Source of the DNA: a virus
Taxonomy: Duplodnaviria > Caudoviricetes
IMG/VR virus record: IMGVR_UViG_3300005805_000357
Coordinates: 1 to 28,136 of that record
Direction: 5' to 3' (one strand)
DNA length: 28,136 nt
Below, piece after piece: positions 27,381-28,136 of this stretch (positions are counted from its first letter, which is position 1; each line of letters opens with the position of its first letter). The notes under the pieces were generated by a model. That model saw only the letters and a list, made by a program, of their open reading frames with translations, searched no databases and was not told where the DNA came from. A program made the translations under genes and the position numbers.

Positions 27381-28136
27381 TGGCCAGAAGTAACAATGGT
27401 TTTATTGGTAAAGCCTTAAACTTAGATTTCGGCACGACTCAAGGATTGTCGTCACTTTCGTCTATTCAACAAAGTAAAGGTGCTGGTTATGTTATAAATT
27501 ATCTTATTGTTGCAGGCGGCGGTGGCGGTGGCTCTAAAAACACCACTGGTGGGGGTGGTGGTGGTGCTGGTGGTTTTGTCTCTGGTATATTAACCGTTTT
27601 TTCAGGCACTTCTTATACAATTACGGTAGGCGCTGGAGGATCAGCTGGCACCGCTGGCGGAACCGGAACAAATGGTTCTACAGGTTCAAACTCTACATTT
27701 TCTAATATTGCAACAGCATTGGGCGGCGGTTTTGGTGGTAATACAACTGGAGGCACTGGTGGTTCTGGCGGAGGTAACGGTGATGCTGGAGCTCCCGGAG
27801 GGGCTGGAACGGTAGGTCAAGGTAACAATGGTGGTATTGGAGCTGGTCAAGTTGCTGGCGGCGGTGGTGGAGCCACCGCTGTTGGTGGTAACGGTGTTAC
27901 CTCAAACCGAGGTGGTGCTGGTGGTGCTGGATTACAAAATTCCATTACTGGCACATTAATTTATTACGCAGGTGGTGGTGGCGCAGGAACTTTAAATGGA
28001 ACAGCAGGCGCAGGCGGTTTAGGTGGCGGTGGAGCAGGTGGTTACACAGGTGCAGGCACGGCGGGAACTGCCAATACAGGTGGCGGTGGTGGTAGTGGCG
28101 GTGCTTGGAACGGGTCGGATGTTCAGGTATTTGCTG
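27380..28136 (+). CDS. Second glycine-rich domain protein, truncated by the window end
   Basis: Not in the track. ATG 27380 overlaps the upstream TAA; MARSNNGFIG...NYLIVAGGGGGG...GGGGAGGF...YTITVGAGG...YYAGGGG...ANTGGGGG. Confidence 0.85.
   Translation, partial: MARSNNGFIGKALNLDFGTTQGLSSLSSIQQSKGAGYVINYLIVAGGGGGGSKNTTGGGGGGAGGFVSGILTVFSGTSYTITVGAGGSAGTAGGTGTNGSTGSNSTFSNIATALGGGFGGNTTGGTGGSGGGNGDAGAPGGAGTVGQGNNGGIGAGQVAGGGGGATAVGGNGVTSNRGGAGGAGLQNSITGTLIYYAGGGGAGTLNGTAGAGGLGGGGAGGYTGAGTAGTANTGGGGGSGGAWNGSDVQVFA

Overview
An AT-rich, gene-dense segment of a large T4-superfamily myophage, with a gene style resembling uncultured aquatic T4-like phages. It covers tail, baseplate and fibre morphogenesis. 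The left arm (- strand) carries head-completion gp4, DNA-end protector gp2, tube initiator gp54, a gp26-like chaperone, a short gp51-like ORF and a probable tape-measure gene running off the window. The right arm (+ strand) carries gp48, gp53, a gp27-like hub, a central spike split over three genes, an unknown protein, gp25, gp6, gp7, an ANSA-repeat fibre with a cupredoxin-like tip, gp8, a 1980-aa DUF4815/VrlC-like protein and an array of small fibre-related genes. T4-type late promoters (TATAAATA and variants) precede several genes. Most notable: (1) a probable programmed -1 frameshift fusing the gp26-like and gp51-like ORFs just upstream of the tape measure, like lambda G/GT; (2) a thrice-repeated 'stalk with hydrophobic C-terminal peptide -> ~110-aa adaptor -> next module or Gly-rich tip' cassette, suggesting a modular plug-and-socket fibre system; (3) a split, lysozyme-less gp5 with an HxH apex; (4) a type-1-copper-like domain on a virion fibre; (5) strong Ala-Asn enrichment confined to peripheral virion proteins. 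All assignments come from motif recognition and gene order; no searches were run.
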